Of a stretch of DNA of 64,000 bases, positions 24,701 through 39,700 are shown in pieces. Within the stretch, counting starts at the first letter, position 1. Each line of letters begins with the position of its first letter. The stretch is from the NCBI GenBank assembly GCA_002633005.1, contig NMRA01000219.1, forward strand, positions 560,534 to 624,533, given 5' to 3'. The translations under genes and the position numbers were made by a program. The stretch is from Phoronis australis. Lineage: Eukaryota; Animalia; Phoronida. Under the pieces are notes generated by a model, which searched no databases, had not been told where the DNA came from, and saw only the letters and a program-made list of their open reading frames with translations.

Positions 24701-27700
24701 GGAATTAATAACATTGCCAAAGTTCTTTTGATGTGAATATTTAATATGGAATTTATAAGATGTCGTCTCTTCCTAAATAATCTTTTCATTTTTGTTGAAT
24801 ATTGATTTTGAGTATTTTGCATGAAAATATCCAAAAAAAGTCCCAACGTATTAAAATAATTACAGTGGTTGGGAGAATAAGCCATAAGATCTAACAGTTT
24901 TTGTAAAATTTTGCAAACGAACAGGCAGATTGGAAGATTTTACCCATGAGGAAACCAATGATGTCAGGTTCCTATGAGTCGTTAGTGTAACAGGCCCGGC
25001 CTAAGCGCGCCTGATGTACCGCAAAAGGCATCAGGCCACCTGCAATCTTTTTTAAATCTTTTGTTGAATCCAATCAACTATTTTTGAGATAGGCTACTTG
25101 GAATTTGACCAAATCTTGAATTTTTCAGGTCGTTCATAACCTCAACTGAATTTCCTTGTTTCCGACTCATATTCAAAAAATCGTTCCGCTTAGTGACATT
25201 CATCTGGCACTTTGCCAAACATCAATAGTTATGTAAAAGACATGACTCATAAGTTCCATTACATATACAGCATTTCAATCCTTCCATGCAATCAATACAG
25301 AGAAGTTTTTTCAGGAAGTTTTAAACTGATTTGATTAGTGTGTTATAACACGTTTGTTATTGATATGTTGATTACGGTACTTGTCCTCAAAAATTATTGT
25401 CGCATACTCGCATGTGTGTGTATACATGGGATTTTTCTTTTTTATGGGTTGTCACATGACATTTCATTCTTTCATGTTGTCAGATATCTATTGCTCCCGT
25501 GAAACAATTCTGGTCAGTAAATCATGATTGAAATGTTACATGACTTGCAGAAAGCTTCAGCAAACTAATCACCATAGAAGTGGCAGTAAAATAAAACTTG
25601 TGATGTCGATTCAATCCTTTAGCCTGAAAAGTATCGCCATTGTCAAGTGTTAAGATTTCATTAGAAACTTTATATGCCCTGGAGAGTCTGCAAGCTTGTT
25701 TGATATGCATCCCTTGTGGAAATGTTTGCATGAGCGTTAGTTAATAGGCCTGTGTCTTAAAACACAATTGCCTGAATTGTTTCCATAGAAACACTTTGGG
25801 ATTAATGCAAACGGATTGCCTGTGTTTGAGAGAAAAAATCTGCAATTATCATGGTTTGTTTGACAAGTTACTCGATAAAATCAATTCACATTGTCTTGAT
25901 AAAATAATGCCCTGCCTCATGTCTTCATACTACCATTCTATTGGCCTATGATTGCTGAGACTTACATACATGCATTCAGTCATGTAGTAGCTGTTATGAG
26001 GTTACACGCTTCCTGTTCTCTTATACTTCAGCCCCAGTGCCAGCTCCTAGACGCAAGAGAAGAAAAAACAAACTGGAATCTACTGACAGTCTTGACGAGG
26101 AGAAAGAACACACGTATGTTTTTAATGGAGTTTTTCGGAACTGACTGCATCAAATGTGCTGTAAAATTGTGCACGAGAGAGAGTTGTTACTGGTGCTTTT
26201 TGTGGAATGCTGTCTGATTCTTTGGTAGCCTAGTGGGTAATCTTGTGCCTTTTTAAAATCTGGTGGTTGGTTGTTTCTACAAGCGAGTAATCTGGGAATG
26301 AAATGTGTGGCTCAAGTTGTGACTGTTGCAGCTCATTATAATTTGAAGGGTGTGTCAGATCAAATCACCTAAGTGCCTGCAATTTGACCAGATGCAGTCA
26401 GAAAATTCAACAAAAACACAAAAATTACGCAGATGACACTGATGGAATCTGCTACAGTCCAGATTCTCAAAGAAGATTTCATAATGTCTCAATCCACACT
26501 GTCTGATGTTGTCAATGCAGATTTTTTATCAAATGAGGAATAAATGGCTAAAATGGTGCCTCGTTAGTAACTTCAGTTTACGATGAAGTCCTTCAGTTTA
26601 TGCTCGCCAGCCCTTGTAGCTGACTTCGAATTAAGTGTCAAGTGCATTCTCACTTGCACTTTTAGTTTGTTGTTTTTGACATCATTTCAACAAAAAACAA
26701 ATTTCGATTAACACGCTTCAAGTATTCCGGAGTTAAGGGAAGTCATGTTAATCCAGTTAAATAAAACAAATGAATACATGTTTTAAGTTTAATTTTAACC
26801 GTTGTTTCTCTGCCATGTAAATCAGTGATTCTTTGAAGACTTCCTGATCCCAATTGAAGAAAGCTCGCCAGAGATTGAATGAAATTTTGCATTGCATGCA
26901 AGATCTGCAAAAACTTGTTTACCTTTAGCAATTCATGGTGTATTACCCTTGTTGTCCTTTCTCAGTTCTTGTACTCATCAAGTGGGTTTTCAAATGATAT
27001 GACTAAACCACTAACCAGACACATTTATTCAGTTATGACAGCTTTATTGTTATCTGGCTATTAAAAGCTTGACTTAATTTTGTTTTCATCCTGATTAGAA
27101 CTAATCAGTTCTCTACACATATACCCAGCTGTATTTGTGATATCACATTCTCGATTTTAATGAAGGTTTATTCGATGAAAGTATCATTTAATGATGTCAT
27201 TCCTGTTTCAGTTGCCAGCAATGCAGACTTTTTGAGAATAATTCAATCTTGTCTATTGAATTAGATAGTATTTATTAGTATTGTTATTGTTGTTGTTATT
27301 ATTATTACGTAATTTGACATTTCTGTCATTGTTAACCAACAACTATCTCTTGCTATAGAATATGGTGAAGTTTATTCAATTTTATAATGCTATGTTTTTT
27401 CACAATTTCCAGCAAAATTAAACTTTAGAGAAAAGTTAACTTCACTATCAATGTTTCTAGTGAGCAGTTATCAGCTAACACGCAATGAAACAAGAGCCTT
27501 TGGAAAGTTGGAAAAAATTATGACTTTGGCAATTATTTTTGTTCAAATTTTAGAAAACTTTACAGTACATTGCTAATAACACGCACTTCTTAGTAACCTC
27601 TGTAACATGCAAGATTATTTACTGTCTTTTAGCATGCTCCTCTTGTGAAACTAGACACACAGAAATTGATCGTCGTCTATTTTTTTCCAGATCATATGAT

Positions 27701-30700
27701 GATGATAGGCCAAGAAGCGTGAAGGAACGAGTGGGTGTATTGGAACAAAACATGACTGATACCGTCGATGGCAGAGCAGCACCTATTATGAGAGAAACAC
27801 TGGTGGAGATGCCTGGTGATGTTTTTGAGGGCATGGAACACACCCAGGCAGCCATTTCGTCGGTATGTTGAAGAGACTTTGACATTGCAAACAAATTAAG
27901 CTTTGCATTTTATTTTATTTTTTATTATTTGGATTATGTTTTAGCTATTTTTACAACTTGTTAAGATTCTTGGTTTGGGGGGAATTCAAACCTTTGGAAT
28001 AACTTAAGAGTAGAGTCTACTGCTGTTTAGTTTTCAATGTTGAATTCTTAGTGCTTTAGGGTTTAAAAACATTACCTCATTAGTCAGATCCTGAATTGTT
28101 GGTAAATGAGCTGACAACTTAGGTAACACATACATGTGCCATTTCCATATTCGCAGTTAAAGGTTTGGCCGATCTCAGTAAACTCTGAAGTGTTTTCTTG
28201 GATCTCTGATGGTTTTGATGATCTTGTTGACACAAGGAATCGCGTTTATATTGTGAAAGTTAATATGAAAACTATTCTATGATCATACGTTCAATTCATT
28301 TTTCGTTTTTGGCAGCCAACTACTTAAAAAATGCATATTTGTCAATATTACAATTTTTATATATATTCTGTAGGATGATTACGGTGTAATCTCACCAATT
28401 GTGAACAGAAAGTTGTCAAAATTGCACTTTTTTATTTTTAAGGGTTTCTAGTTGTGAATACCCACAATTTTCCAAAACATTGTATGTGGGTAGTTATGGT
28501 ACAGAACTTACATTTGGTGCTTTGTGTCATTTATGAAAAAATGAGAAAATGGAATTTCATGCCATGATTTTTCCTAAATTGGTGACGTTTTACCGTACTT
28601 ATTGTTATTCCAGAGTAGCATTACCTTAAAATCATTTGGAATTAAGCTTTTGCCAGGTTTAACTTCCTTTGTTGTGCAGTTATAATTGTTATTTTGGAGG
28701 CTTGCCTTGTTTTTGTTTCATTTTTCTGAGATGCCATACCATTGTTTAGTCACCATGCTTGTAGTTGATATTTCTGCCTTGTGTGTTTTTCTCAGTAATG
28801 TATATTCCCTAGTTTCAGAGATAAGTCGAAAATTACTAATATCATTTCATGTATCACTATAGTTACGGTAAACAACACTACGGAAATTTAGTAAATCTAT
28901 CCAAAGTGTGATCTGACGACTTGTCACTCGCAGTATTTACTGAAATGGTGTGTCCGAATTTTGGGCCTCAGGAACTTTGAGAATACATGCAATGCTATTT
29001 TCTCTTTGCCCTAAGGCGGTCGAGTCTGACCCCAACCATATGTCAGACATGCCTGTCAACACAGAGCAGGCAGTGGAGGAAGAATCTCAGGGAAGCTGTC
29101 CAGTCCCTAAACCTCGCAGTCCACGCAAATCCTTGAGCCATGGCCGCCCAGAAGCTAGCTTTAGCTTCGATTCGGTCGATTCTGAGTTTGGCTCTCTAGA
29201 AATATCCACTCCCCTCCATGTGGTAAGCGGCTGTGCCCCCTGGTGTTGGTTGTATTAACTATCTCCAGTCTTCCTTAGAGTTGCCTGTCTCCGCATGACA
29301 CTCATCCTTCAGTCAGACTGTGTGCCTTTGACAGATGTTGTGATACGTTTATTTTAGTCGCATGATAGTGTTTGAATTTATTTTAGGCTATTTTATTTAA
29401 CTGCTTCTGAGTGATAGATTTCAGTTCGCACTTGCATCCAGTTTTGCACAATTTGTGTTTCTGTAACAACGGTTTGATGGGTTTGCTGTCTTTATTATTA
29501 TTTTGCATTTTATTCTTTGAAATTGATTAATTGTATCTTTCTCAAATATAATTTAAAGATATTTCTTTGATGATTATCCATTGAATCTCATATTGTGCTC
29601 AAGCTGGAAAATTAAAATTATTTTATTTTCCAACGTGGGTCAATAAGTTTTTAGCAAAATTAAGTTTGTTTCCCCCGTGCGCAACTGACAGCACATTAGA
29701 GCTCAAAACATTTGTCACAGTCGGAATAAGAATTTTTTCTGATTAATGTAAAAATGAAATTGATATTTTTCCAATAAACACGAATGCTCCTCGAGGAGGA
29801 AAATGTTTCACTGGCGAACCCACCCGTCTCAGAGGACTGTGGGAAGGGAGAGGGGAACAAGACATATTTTTAATGAAAATGTTATTGTCGAGGTACATAT
29901 TATATTACCAGTGAAATCATTAGCTGTGCCAGACTTCATCTTAAAGACAACTATCTTAATCTGACGCTTGTTTTCCAATAACATTTGGCGCATCGTTTAC
30001 ACAAAACCCTGCAAAACTGGGTTCCTAACTGCAACTAACCCGGACACATTGTGTAATACTGGTAGGCCCGTCCTGAAAAGGCACAGCACCACTCAAGGTA
30101 TTTTTCTACAATGCAACACGTGACAAGCATTTGTCCTGCTTCTTCATATGAAAATGTGCTGGTCACTATTTTATAGTGTAATTCATCGTGACTTGCATAA
30201 TTGCATGTTGAGTTGCAATTCTGGCACCAAGAAACTGGCAATAATGGCAAATATCATTGCTCCATATGTTTATTTTGTTAAGCAACTCGGGTGTGTCTGA
30301 CATTTTGAAATGTAGGTTAGCCGTGCAATTTATTTTTCTACGTCCACAAAAGTTGAGAGCTCAGTTGAGGATGGGTCTATTGAATGAGACAAGAATGTTG
30401 CTTACAAATGTGTATGCTGAATAAACCAAACTAAATTACCTGAATACTACTCACTACTTATTTTAAAAACTGCTAAAATGTATAGAAATGATCAGTTATT
30501 GAGGTTTTTAGCAGTGACATGTTACCAGTAGCATTCCAAGTTTTACACGGTTCACTGCTAATTTCTCCATTGCAAACTTGTTTTACAATGTTATGACATC
30601 GGTGATTTTTGCCTTGAACTAGACACTGCACGTGGCATTAGAAATAGTCCAGAAAAACTATTTCACCATCGGATCATTCTATGAGGCTCATTATTGTAGA

Positions 30701-33700
30701 GAGATATGCTCATAGAACACAATAGAAGCTATGTGGAATGTATGTACCAATTGCTATCATAATTAAATAATCCGTTTTCCCAGTACTTCTGGGTGGTTGG
30801 GTAAATACCTAAATACCACTGTTATCATTTGTTAATCAAGTCAAACTCACAACGTAATGTTACTGAATGCAGTGATGTCGCTGGTATTAACACTGTATCA
30901 CTGTTTATTATATGTGATTGGAGAGGGTAGCCTTACTGGTGCTTCTGGTGCGACTTTAAGCTCTGATTGCAGAACATCTTCTCTAAAGTTTAAACTGGTC
31001 TGAATGAACTGCTACTTATAGTAAAATCTCTGACACAAAATTAGTGAAATTTTATTTTAATTTTAATTTTTTCAGAAGCAAGTAAGTAACTAGTACCAAA
31101 TGAAATTATTAATAGTTATTTAGCATTTTCATGTTCTGTATTGTGGCTACCATCAGACAGTCTGTTAAAAAATTCTTGGATTTACAAGAATGTTAAAAGC
31201 ATTTGGACGATGAAAAAAGCAATTCTGTGAATTTGGTTTGTCCAGAATTTGTCGGATTTTATCACATTCCCTTCCTACATACTCTTCATTCACATTTACA
31301 TTGCAAATATGTCTGAGAACAACTTCTTTTACAGTTTAGAAGGAGATTGGCGTCAGATTCTTGTAACCTTGAATGTCACGGATAACTCCGAACCACTTTC
31401 TTTTTTCAGTACAAGCGAGCTAAAGGCCCCAAAAACAGAAGTCCTCCATCCCGGGCCAAATTAAAACAGAAACTTGTTTCTTCTAGTCAACAATCTTCAC
31501 CTGGTGTAGGAGAAGGTAAGATTTGTGTACATCAAAGCATCATTGGAATGATTCACAAGTCATGTAGCATTGCTGCTCATTAGTGAGGTCGCTGTGGTGT
31601 TCTTGAAACTGGCTGTTCAACTAATGGAATTTGGAGTATGACGTAGACATGGTCATCACACCACACGCAACGTCCCCCTCAACATATTAAGATACTTCTC
31701 TGCCTTCATTTTGTCTATTAGGCCAAATGCATAGTGGGTCCTGGTGTGTTTCCCAAATCATTTTGACACCTGCTCTCACTACAGTTTCAGCCAAGGAGTG
31801 TTTTTTGAAAAGCTGCACAGGGGCACAAATCCAAGTGCAAGCAAGGTTTGAAATGCCATGGTTTGTCAAGCGATGAGTAAAAATAAAAAAATTCTGCATC
31901 ATTTTTGCTTGTCTTGGGTGGATTTTCTTTTTGAAAAAGTGACCCAGCTAAAAATACCACACCAATGACCTGATTTAAATTATGCTTGTTTGGCCTTATC
32001 TGACTTCCTTTGTGTTCAGGTGATGACGTGGACAGCTCTTCCAAGTACCAAGATGTGAACCACAACGACGAAAAGCCCAGCGTTGGATTCCTCGACATCC
32101 CCTACCAAGCACAGCTGGAGGTGATTAGCCCTGCTGAGCCCTCGCCTAACTCCAAGAAGCCATTTATTCCACCCCTCGACCTGACAACACTTCACGAACA
32201 CGGCGATGGAAATGGTATGCAATAACTAGGGACGAACGTCTTTTATATGTTGCCTTATAAAGTGGCTATAAATCTTCATTGCATTGAAGAAACTAACTGC
32301 TGATTTAGACCACTAGGTGCCGCTGTATTATTGGTCTCAACTTGTACCTTACTCAGATGAAAAATGGCTTTTGGTCGTGCGAGGAACTGACAGTTTTTTT
32401 ATTGCTCAAGACGATATTCGGCAAATATAATGACGCCTTGTGACAAGTCAGCTTATGATCTCATTAAGTAAAGAGCTGCCAATTCTTTTCAAGTCCAGAA
32501 ATGGCGTTTATTTTGACTTACGTAGGTACAATTTGAGACCAGTTAAGGTAAGCAGTCTGAATTTAAAGTTGAGAGAATAGAACTACCTTGAGTTTTACCT
32601 GCTGAGCACACGGTATGGTGGACGTGGATAATGTTGGATTTGAGTAAAAAGTTTTGACAGAAATAATTCAGAGATTATTCTTGAATTATTGTCGTGGTTT
32701 GTATTTGTTTTGCAACTAAATGTTGTCTAGTGGCTATACATTCACCTTGTATCACGAACACAATATTTGATTTAAACCTGTTATCCTTATGAAACTGTTC
32801 TCAAATTGTTACTTGGTCAAAATAGCTATGATTTATGAGCCTGTTAAGAAGTGACGATTTGTTATTACTGAACACAAGTGTCTGTAAGTGAACTTTTTAC
32901 AGTGCATCATTTTATTCGCCAGACACGGTTATAAGCAACAATGAACTGTCTGTTCTTTGCTTGACCAAATATCACGTATCATCTTAGCTAGGAAGAAGTT
33001 CAGACCAATTTTCTAGCTAAATCGTAAGTTTTTTCGTCGATATAATGTGGGCTTATGGCCGCTTTAATAGATGTGTTGGTTTGTTTGCTATTAAAATCAC
33101 TATATGATGACCTTGAGACCCTTGATGAGTGACATACTCTGGTGCTAATGGAAACTAACCCCTACAAGTCACATGACAAAGATGTGCAAAGACAATGACT
33201 GGTTTATTCATTTTACGGCCCTAAAGATAATAATTCTATCTCCCATTAATATCTACCTTTTCTTACTGATATGATTAAAATTCCACATTTCCAAAAATTA
33301 CAGACGGAATCTATGATGGCATGGAGGACAATTATGTTGTTGCTGTCCAAAGTTGATCTCTTCCATTTTCATCTGTTACAAGACTATTGTTACTTTATGT
33401 CAAATGCCATTGTCTAAAACCTTAAACCTCTAAACAAGGTAGACAGACAGTCCAGTGCCTTTAGCAGGGCCACAGGCGTGCTTGAGCGACGTAACTGTGC
33501 CCACTGCACCTGATAATGAGTCACGGGAACCCCTCATCGGTAAGGGTTCCTCGTGGGTGAAATCTTGCATTCTGCGTGTTTTTCTCAAGAATTCGAGAAG
33601 GCTGTTAAAGCTGCATGGTCCTCTCATTGTTACAGATCCTATCCTGGCTGAGCAGGGTCCTTCTGTGTTCCAAATGGGCAAAGGCTTGAAGCAGGAGGAA

Positions 33701-36700
33701 CCAGTTTTATCGCCCAGGTCTCACAAACTCAGGAAAAAGAGCGGGTAGGTTTGCACCCTTCATTTAGCGTCGTTTATTTTTTCCTGATGTGGTGACTTCA
33801 CCAAATATTTTCTGTCCTAACAGCATCTGACTTAGTTAAAATACTACGTAATTTCCTTTGCACAATTTGTTGACACATGTCATATTCTTGTTTCTCATTG
33901 AAAAGGCAATTACTCTGCAAAATACACTGTTAAAACATGTTTGTGATGCAATTAATGTTGTGTTGTCCGTTTTCTCAGCAATGTCTAGCAGACTTATAAT
34001 CCTCAGCTCAACCTTTTTGATATTGTTCCATGACTCAGTAGGTCTTGATCCAGATCAAATGGCTAAAAATGAAAAAGGCATATTAAGCCAACTAAAATAT
34101 TAGTCGTAGGTCAGGCTTGTAATTTCGAAACATTGGAGAATGTTTGACCATTAAAATATAAATTGGTGGTGTAAAACACTGCAAATGCTGCTCAAACAAG
34201 AAAAGTACTGTTCTGTTCTTTAACATTTTGTCATTTCTTCTCCTGAGAATTTTCATTGTTCCAAATCAACACGATCATCTTCAATTTGGAATTTTTATCA
34301 TAATCCATCTTCGTAAATTTTCGTTTAGTTTTTAGAATAAAGACTTAATATGCCTTTTTAGCAAGTTACAAGACTAGTTGTTTTGGTTACAGTGTTATTG
34401 TCCTGTAAAGTTAATGGTAGATTATTATGTGTCATTACTGTTTCCAGATGTTTTCTATGCATTTGTTCGAAAAGAAATTTTGAACTTTCCTGTCAGGTCG
34501 GACAATTCTGGTAGTCAGTCGCCCAGCGTCTTCAAATTTACCGGTCCTCAGTTCAGGTTCGGATACTGTTCTCGTTGGCAGGGCGGTCACTTGACCACAT
34601 AATCTTTAACAGGAATTTACTTAAAGTACAGCGTTTATACAGTCAAACAACAATGTTGTTAAATATTACTCTTCTTGTTTATTCCTAGTTGTGTCAGTGT
34701 TTGAATATTTTATATATTCACCTTATTTTACTATTTTTACGATACAAAGAAAGTTTTTTTTCACTCCTCACATTTTGAACTAATCAATGCGTATTTTTGT
34801 TATCGTAGGTTTGAGATTATGTGGTTTTGAGGCTGTCTTTTATCAGTGCTTCTGCATGGTTCCATGTTCCTGTTCAAAAGCAAAAGCTTGGTGTCATTGA
34901 TTTCCTCTATTACCCGTCCAAGTGATGAGAACTTAGTCAAAAAGCAAATGACCAGTGTATGGTTGAGGTTTAGTTAATACACGCGGCTTTTCGTGGTTTG
35001 TTTATTTTAGCCATGTGATTGAATACTCCTATATACTTAGCACTCTTTCCTTCATCGTTGTTGCTATCAAGGTTTCTCTTAAGGCCGAGTCGCACCGATC
35101 TCATTCTCAGAACGTCAGAACCTGTCTTGACATTTTGAGCCTGAGTAAATGTGACCATGTACGGGGTCCTTACTCACATCGTAACAACTTTAAAGTGTAC
35201 ACAACATGACTCTTGTACCTCAAAATAAATTTTATTATTATATCTTACTAGATTTCAGTGCCTTTAGTGCGCAGCTCATAAAGAAACACGCAAAAATTGA
35301 AAAAAAAAATAATTATGTACAACGTCATGGGTTGAACCCAAGTCGTTCGCCATACTGTTCGGATCAGAGACAAAGTGTATTGAGTGAAGAGAAAGCAAAA
35401 TACATTTAGCGTCGAGAAGGTTCGTAGAAGGATCAAAAGATGTGTTTCCGGAGGTTGCAGCAACAGTAGCCAGGCGGAGAACGTCTCGGAGTTCCGAAGG
35501 ATACCAAAGTTGGGCAGAAGTGGCATCGCTTCGTGCGCCGAACGAGAGTGTGGGACGTCATCGTGGACCAAGCGATTCGGTCCGGGGCCACTCTGTGTTC
35601 GGCTGCCCACTTTGAGGACTCGCGTTTCGACTCCAGTCACAAGAGACGTTACGATGAAGGCCTGGTTCAATAAAGGACAATATTTATCATTCAGAAACAT
35701 CAGAATCGTCTGTTGGATGACTGTGTTGACTCGCCGAGCCCGAGGCCGCTTCTCTCGCGGGAGGATCCGCTAGTTCGTAAGGCTCAAAGTAGAAAAGTAC
35801 GCTGCCGGAAGCACATTAAACTTATTCTCGCTTTCATGCAACCCCATTTCCTCATCCTGGCCACAATTCCCGTACGTTTCTTCATAGTATTCGTTCAATT
35901 TTTGCTCATAATCGTCGTCGCTTTCAAATTCCCTGCTTTCCGCCTTTGTTCAATGCTAGTCACTAATCTCTTGTGTTCAACCCATGACGTCACATGGCGG
36001 GAAATGTGAAAATTGGCAAAATTGAAACAAAAATCAAAATTTCGAGCTAATTACACAAAATAAACATGGGTTTAGCTAAATTTTACGTCATACATTTAGT
36101 TTGTGGCCACCGGTAATTCAAAATGTGCAAAAATCCATGGTGTGTACTGTTTAATCTATTCCCACTCTTCTCCCCATTATAGTGCTACTGATAGAGAACC
36201 TCCGTAGTGTTACAGAAGCCTAAGGGACATCCTAGACTGTTCCCCATCTTGGAACTAGACCGTGGATTTTGAGCTCTCTTCCGATTCATGAATGATCTTT
36301 AAAAATAAAAACCAATGTCAAAGAGATCTTTAAAATAGTAAAAATTGAACATGCACTGGATGAAAATTTTGTGCAAGGTAGAACAGAGAAGATTCTATGC
36401 AAATGTTAATGCATTCTGGGGTCTGTTTCGTTATAAATGATGGAAATTTCACAGTTGGTGAATGAAGGTTTAGCCAAGTAATTATAAGTGTGTCACAATG
36501 TAGAAATATTGTTGCTAAAGTGAAATTTGATTATTTTTCTGAAATAGTTGCGTGGAATGTAAGACCAAATCACTGACTAAATTTGGTTAATTGTGGAACA
36601 TCATACTTCAGAAATGGCTGATTGGATTTATATGAAACTTTGCAATAGGACGCTTCATGTACTGCTCTTCAATTGTCTTCAGATATTCCATTTTTGCATG

Positions 36701-39700
36701 AGTTGCTATCAAAAAATGTCATTGCCAGTTGCAATCGAAAACGAAACGATAATTTAGAAAACTAAACATTTTTGGATTTTATGTTGGTTGCGTTATTGTT
36801 ACGTACTACTGTTTGGCTATGGATGTACCGTTCTTTTTTTGCTAAATTTCACTAAAAAGACATGGTCACATGACCTAACTAAGGGCAGATTAGTATAAAA
36901 GTTAAACATCAAGTTCTACTGGCGCTTTTTGATTTCATAAAATAGAAAACTTTTACCGAGTTAAAATCTATGAAACAGACCCATAGTTGATTTACTCTTA
37001 CGTAGATTATTTGCCGTCTACGTTTGTTTGCCTACACCAAGCCATAGGGCTCCTCCTAGTGTCCCACCCCCATCCCTGTCCTTTGTTCCCAGTCTACGTT
37101 TGTTTGCCTACACCAAGCCATAGGGCTCCTCCTAGTGTAACACCCCCATCCCTGTCCTTTGTTCCCAGTCTACGTTTGTTTGCCTACACCAAGCCATAGG
37201 GCTCCTCCTAGTGTCCCACCCCCGTCCTTTGTTCCCACTGTTATTTTGTTAATTTAACATTTTTGGCTGCTAATATTTAAGATGCTGTGTCTCATTAAAA
37301 CGGTGAATATTTGAATTTTGTAGCAAATGCCACCTAGTGACGTCCTGGAGAACTGTGTGTACAAGTATAATCAGGAAAAGAAACAATTTATAAATAAATT
37401 GCGGTTTTAAAGAAAACTCTAACTGATACACTTAAAAACAAGTGTGAACTATATAAACCCCAATTATATCCAAATATTACCCAATCGTTTCATGATAGTA
37501 ACTAAACAAATGATAAAAACTATGCGTTGTTTCATTAGGATAACGATGAGATATTACTATACTCATTTACATAAACATAGTCTCGCGAAACAAGGCTTTT
37601 GTGAGATTGTATTGGCAACTGATTCTCAATTCACAATTTAACGAGACTATGCATCTTTAATGCTCTCTTGTCATGCGTATTAAACTCCGACATTTGGTTT
37701 ACTAACTAATTCTGACCTCTTGTGTCTTGGTCTTAAATGTTGTCATGGTTAATGGTTTGTCTTCATATCCTTGGCATGGGACAGAATGTAAACTAATCTG
37801 AGTGGAAAATGGTGTTCTCATCCAATAATGATTTTAAATCTTGTTATGGAGTCCGAAACTTAGCTTGGGAAAGCTAACCATGCAAACTGTTTAATTTGTG
37901 GTTGAGTTGTGTAAGAAGTGAAGATCTTTACATCATTGTATTGGAAGAACATTGAGTCGGTAATTCTTCATTTGTTTAGCATGCAATATGGCCGATGAGT
38001 CAAATTCTGTTTTGTTTAAATTTCTCCACAAAAGTAACGGTAAAGAATATCTTAATCTATTACAAACAGAGACATCATAAAACAACATTCTGCTAAAACT
38101 CTCATTATTTGCAAAAAAAAAGTAATCAGCTTTAAATTTGTAAACTGTGAAAATCGCTGTTTTAACAATTGTTGTGCAAAATAACTGAAGAATTACAGAA
38201 TTTAGGTTGACAAAGCAATCTCAATCTGTCTCACTGTCTAAGTATTGGGATACTTTGACATCACTCTGTCAAAGCAGTCTCAATCTGTCTCACTTTGTAA
38301 TTCTAGGAGTACTATGACATCACTCTGAATTAAGTTAACACTTGCTTGTAACTGGAGCCTGGCATGTTGGCCTTTATCATTTTACTCTGGGTTGCATGTT
38401 AGTTGAAGCTCCAATTTCATTTTAAAATGCATCCGTAGCAATAGTTCTTGCTTTCTTGCACAAGGATTTGCATTGTCGTTATTACTTGCAATCTATTGTC
38501 ATGAAGTTTCAATTATCAGCCAACAAATTCACTTAATTATATAATTGTTTTCAGACATTTTTTGTTACCACTGACAAGCTTTGCCACGTAACTTTCATTT
38601 TTTTCTGAATTTTACAATGTCGATTTCCTGCTTGTCAATTGGCCATCTGTGAAGGCACTGCTTTAACTGAAGCATCAATGTTCATTACTTGGGTATTAGT
38701 TTAAAGGAGAAAACCTACAGTTTTTGGGATCAATTTTGTTAAAATATCATTTGCCTGTCTTCCTGAACAACTAAATATCATCTTAAGTTCAATATTTTCC
38801 CTTTCCAAATTAATTATACGACATCATTGTGCGGTATTCATGACATACTTGTCATACCGGGTACTTCAATTCCCTGCAGTCACCGTTCCCCTTTCCTGAA
38901 CAAACATCTTGAGTGACCCAAGAGCAAATAGTCTGAAATACTGCTATGTGGAAAACAGACAAAGCAATTATGTCACTTCAGAGATGTTGTAGACATATTT
39001 TTTATTTTATCCTTTTTCAGGCTCAGATTTTTATTTCTTTCTAGCATGAATATGAAACAATACAATACAGTGTGTACGCGTACATTGCTTACAACGATTA
39101 TTCAACATGTACCAAATTTTCCTCACGATATAACTTAATAACTAAGTTCACAAACGTTTGGAAATTTAGATTTTTCTTAGCAGACCTTCGCGTAAATATG
39201 AATTTTTTTTGCTAAAATGCGATCAACAGATTTATGTCAGTTTTCCGACTGAGTGTCTCCCAACACAATTGATGTGGGCTAGGAGAACTGGTTTTCCCCT
39301 TTATCATTTTGCCAGTTTAAGCTGCATGTTGGCCTGTTTAGCTGGATGTGTGAAAAGCAAATTAGGTCTTTTACTTGCTGATTTCAAAACATTCCTTACT
39401 AGGATAGGATACTATTTCCATTACCAACAAGAATATTGAAACTATTAGAGACTCGAGAAAACGCTTCAGAGTTGATTGGGGTTGGCCAATCCTAAAATTG
39501 AGGATTTGAAAATGGCGCATGTGCGTATTTCCTGTGACTTGAATGACTGCATGGCTCGTTCGGCAGTAATTCAAGATCAGATGAGCGTGGAATGTTTGAA
39601 ATCTCAAAGTGTTTCAGTTAAGAATTCAACATTGACAACTAAACATTGATGAAATGCACCTTTAATTGTTAGAGTAAATATCAACCTTTGAGTAGATTTG

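Noticed and set aside
35248-36009. Overlapping 98-150 aa ORFs as a nested gene
   Set aside because: They are explained by the GC-rich decayed THAP remnant inside a TTAA-flanked transposon.
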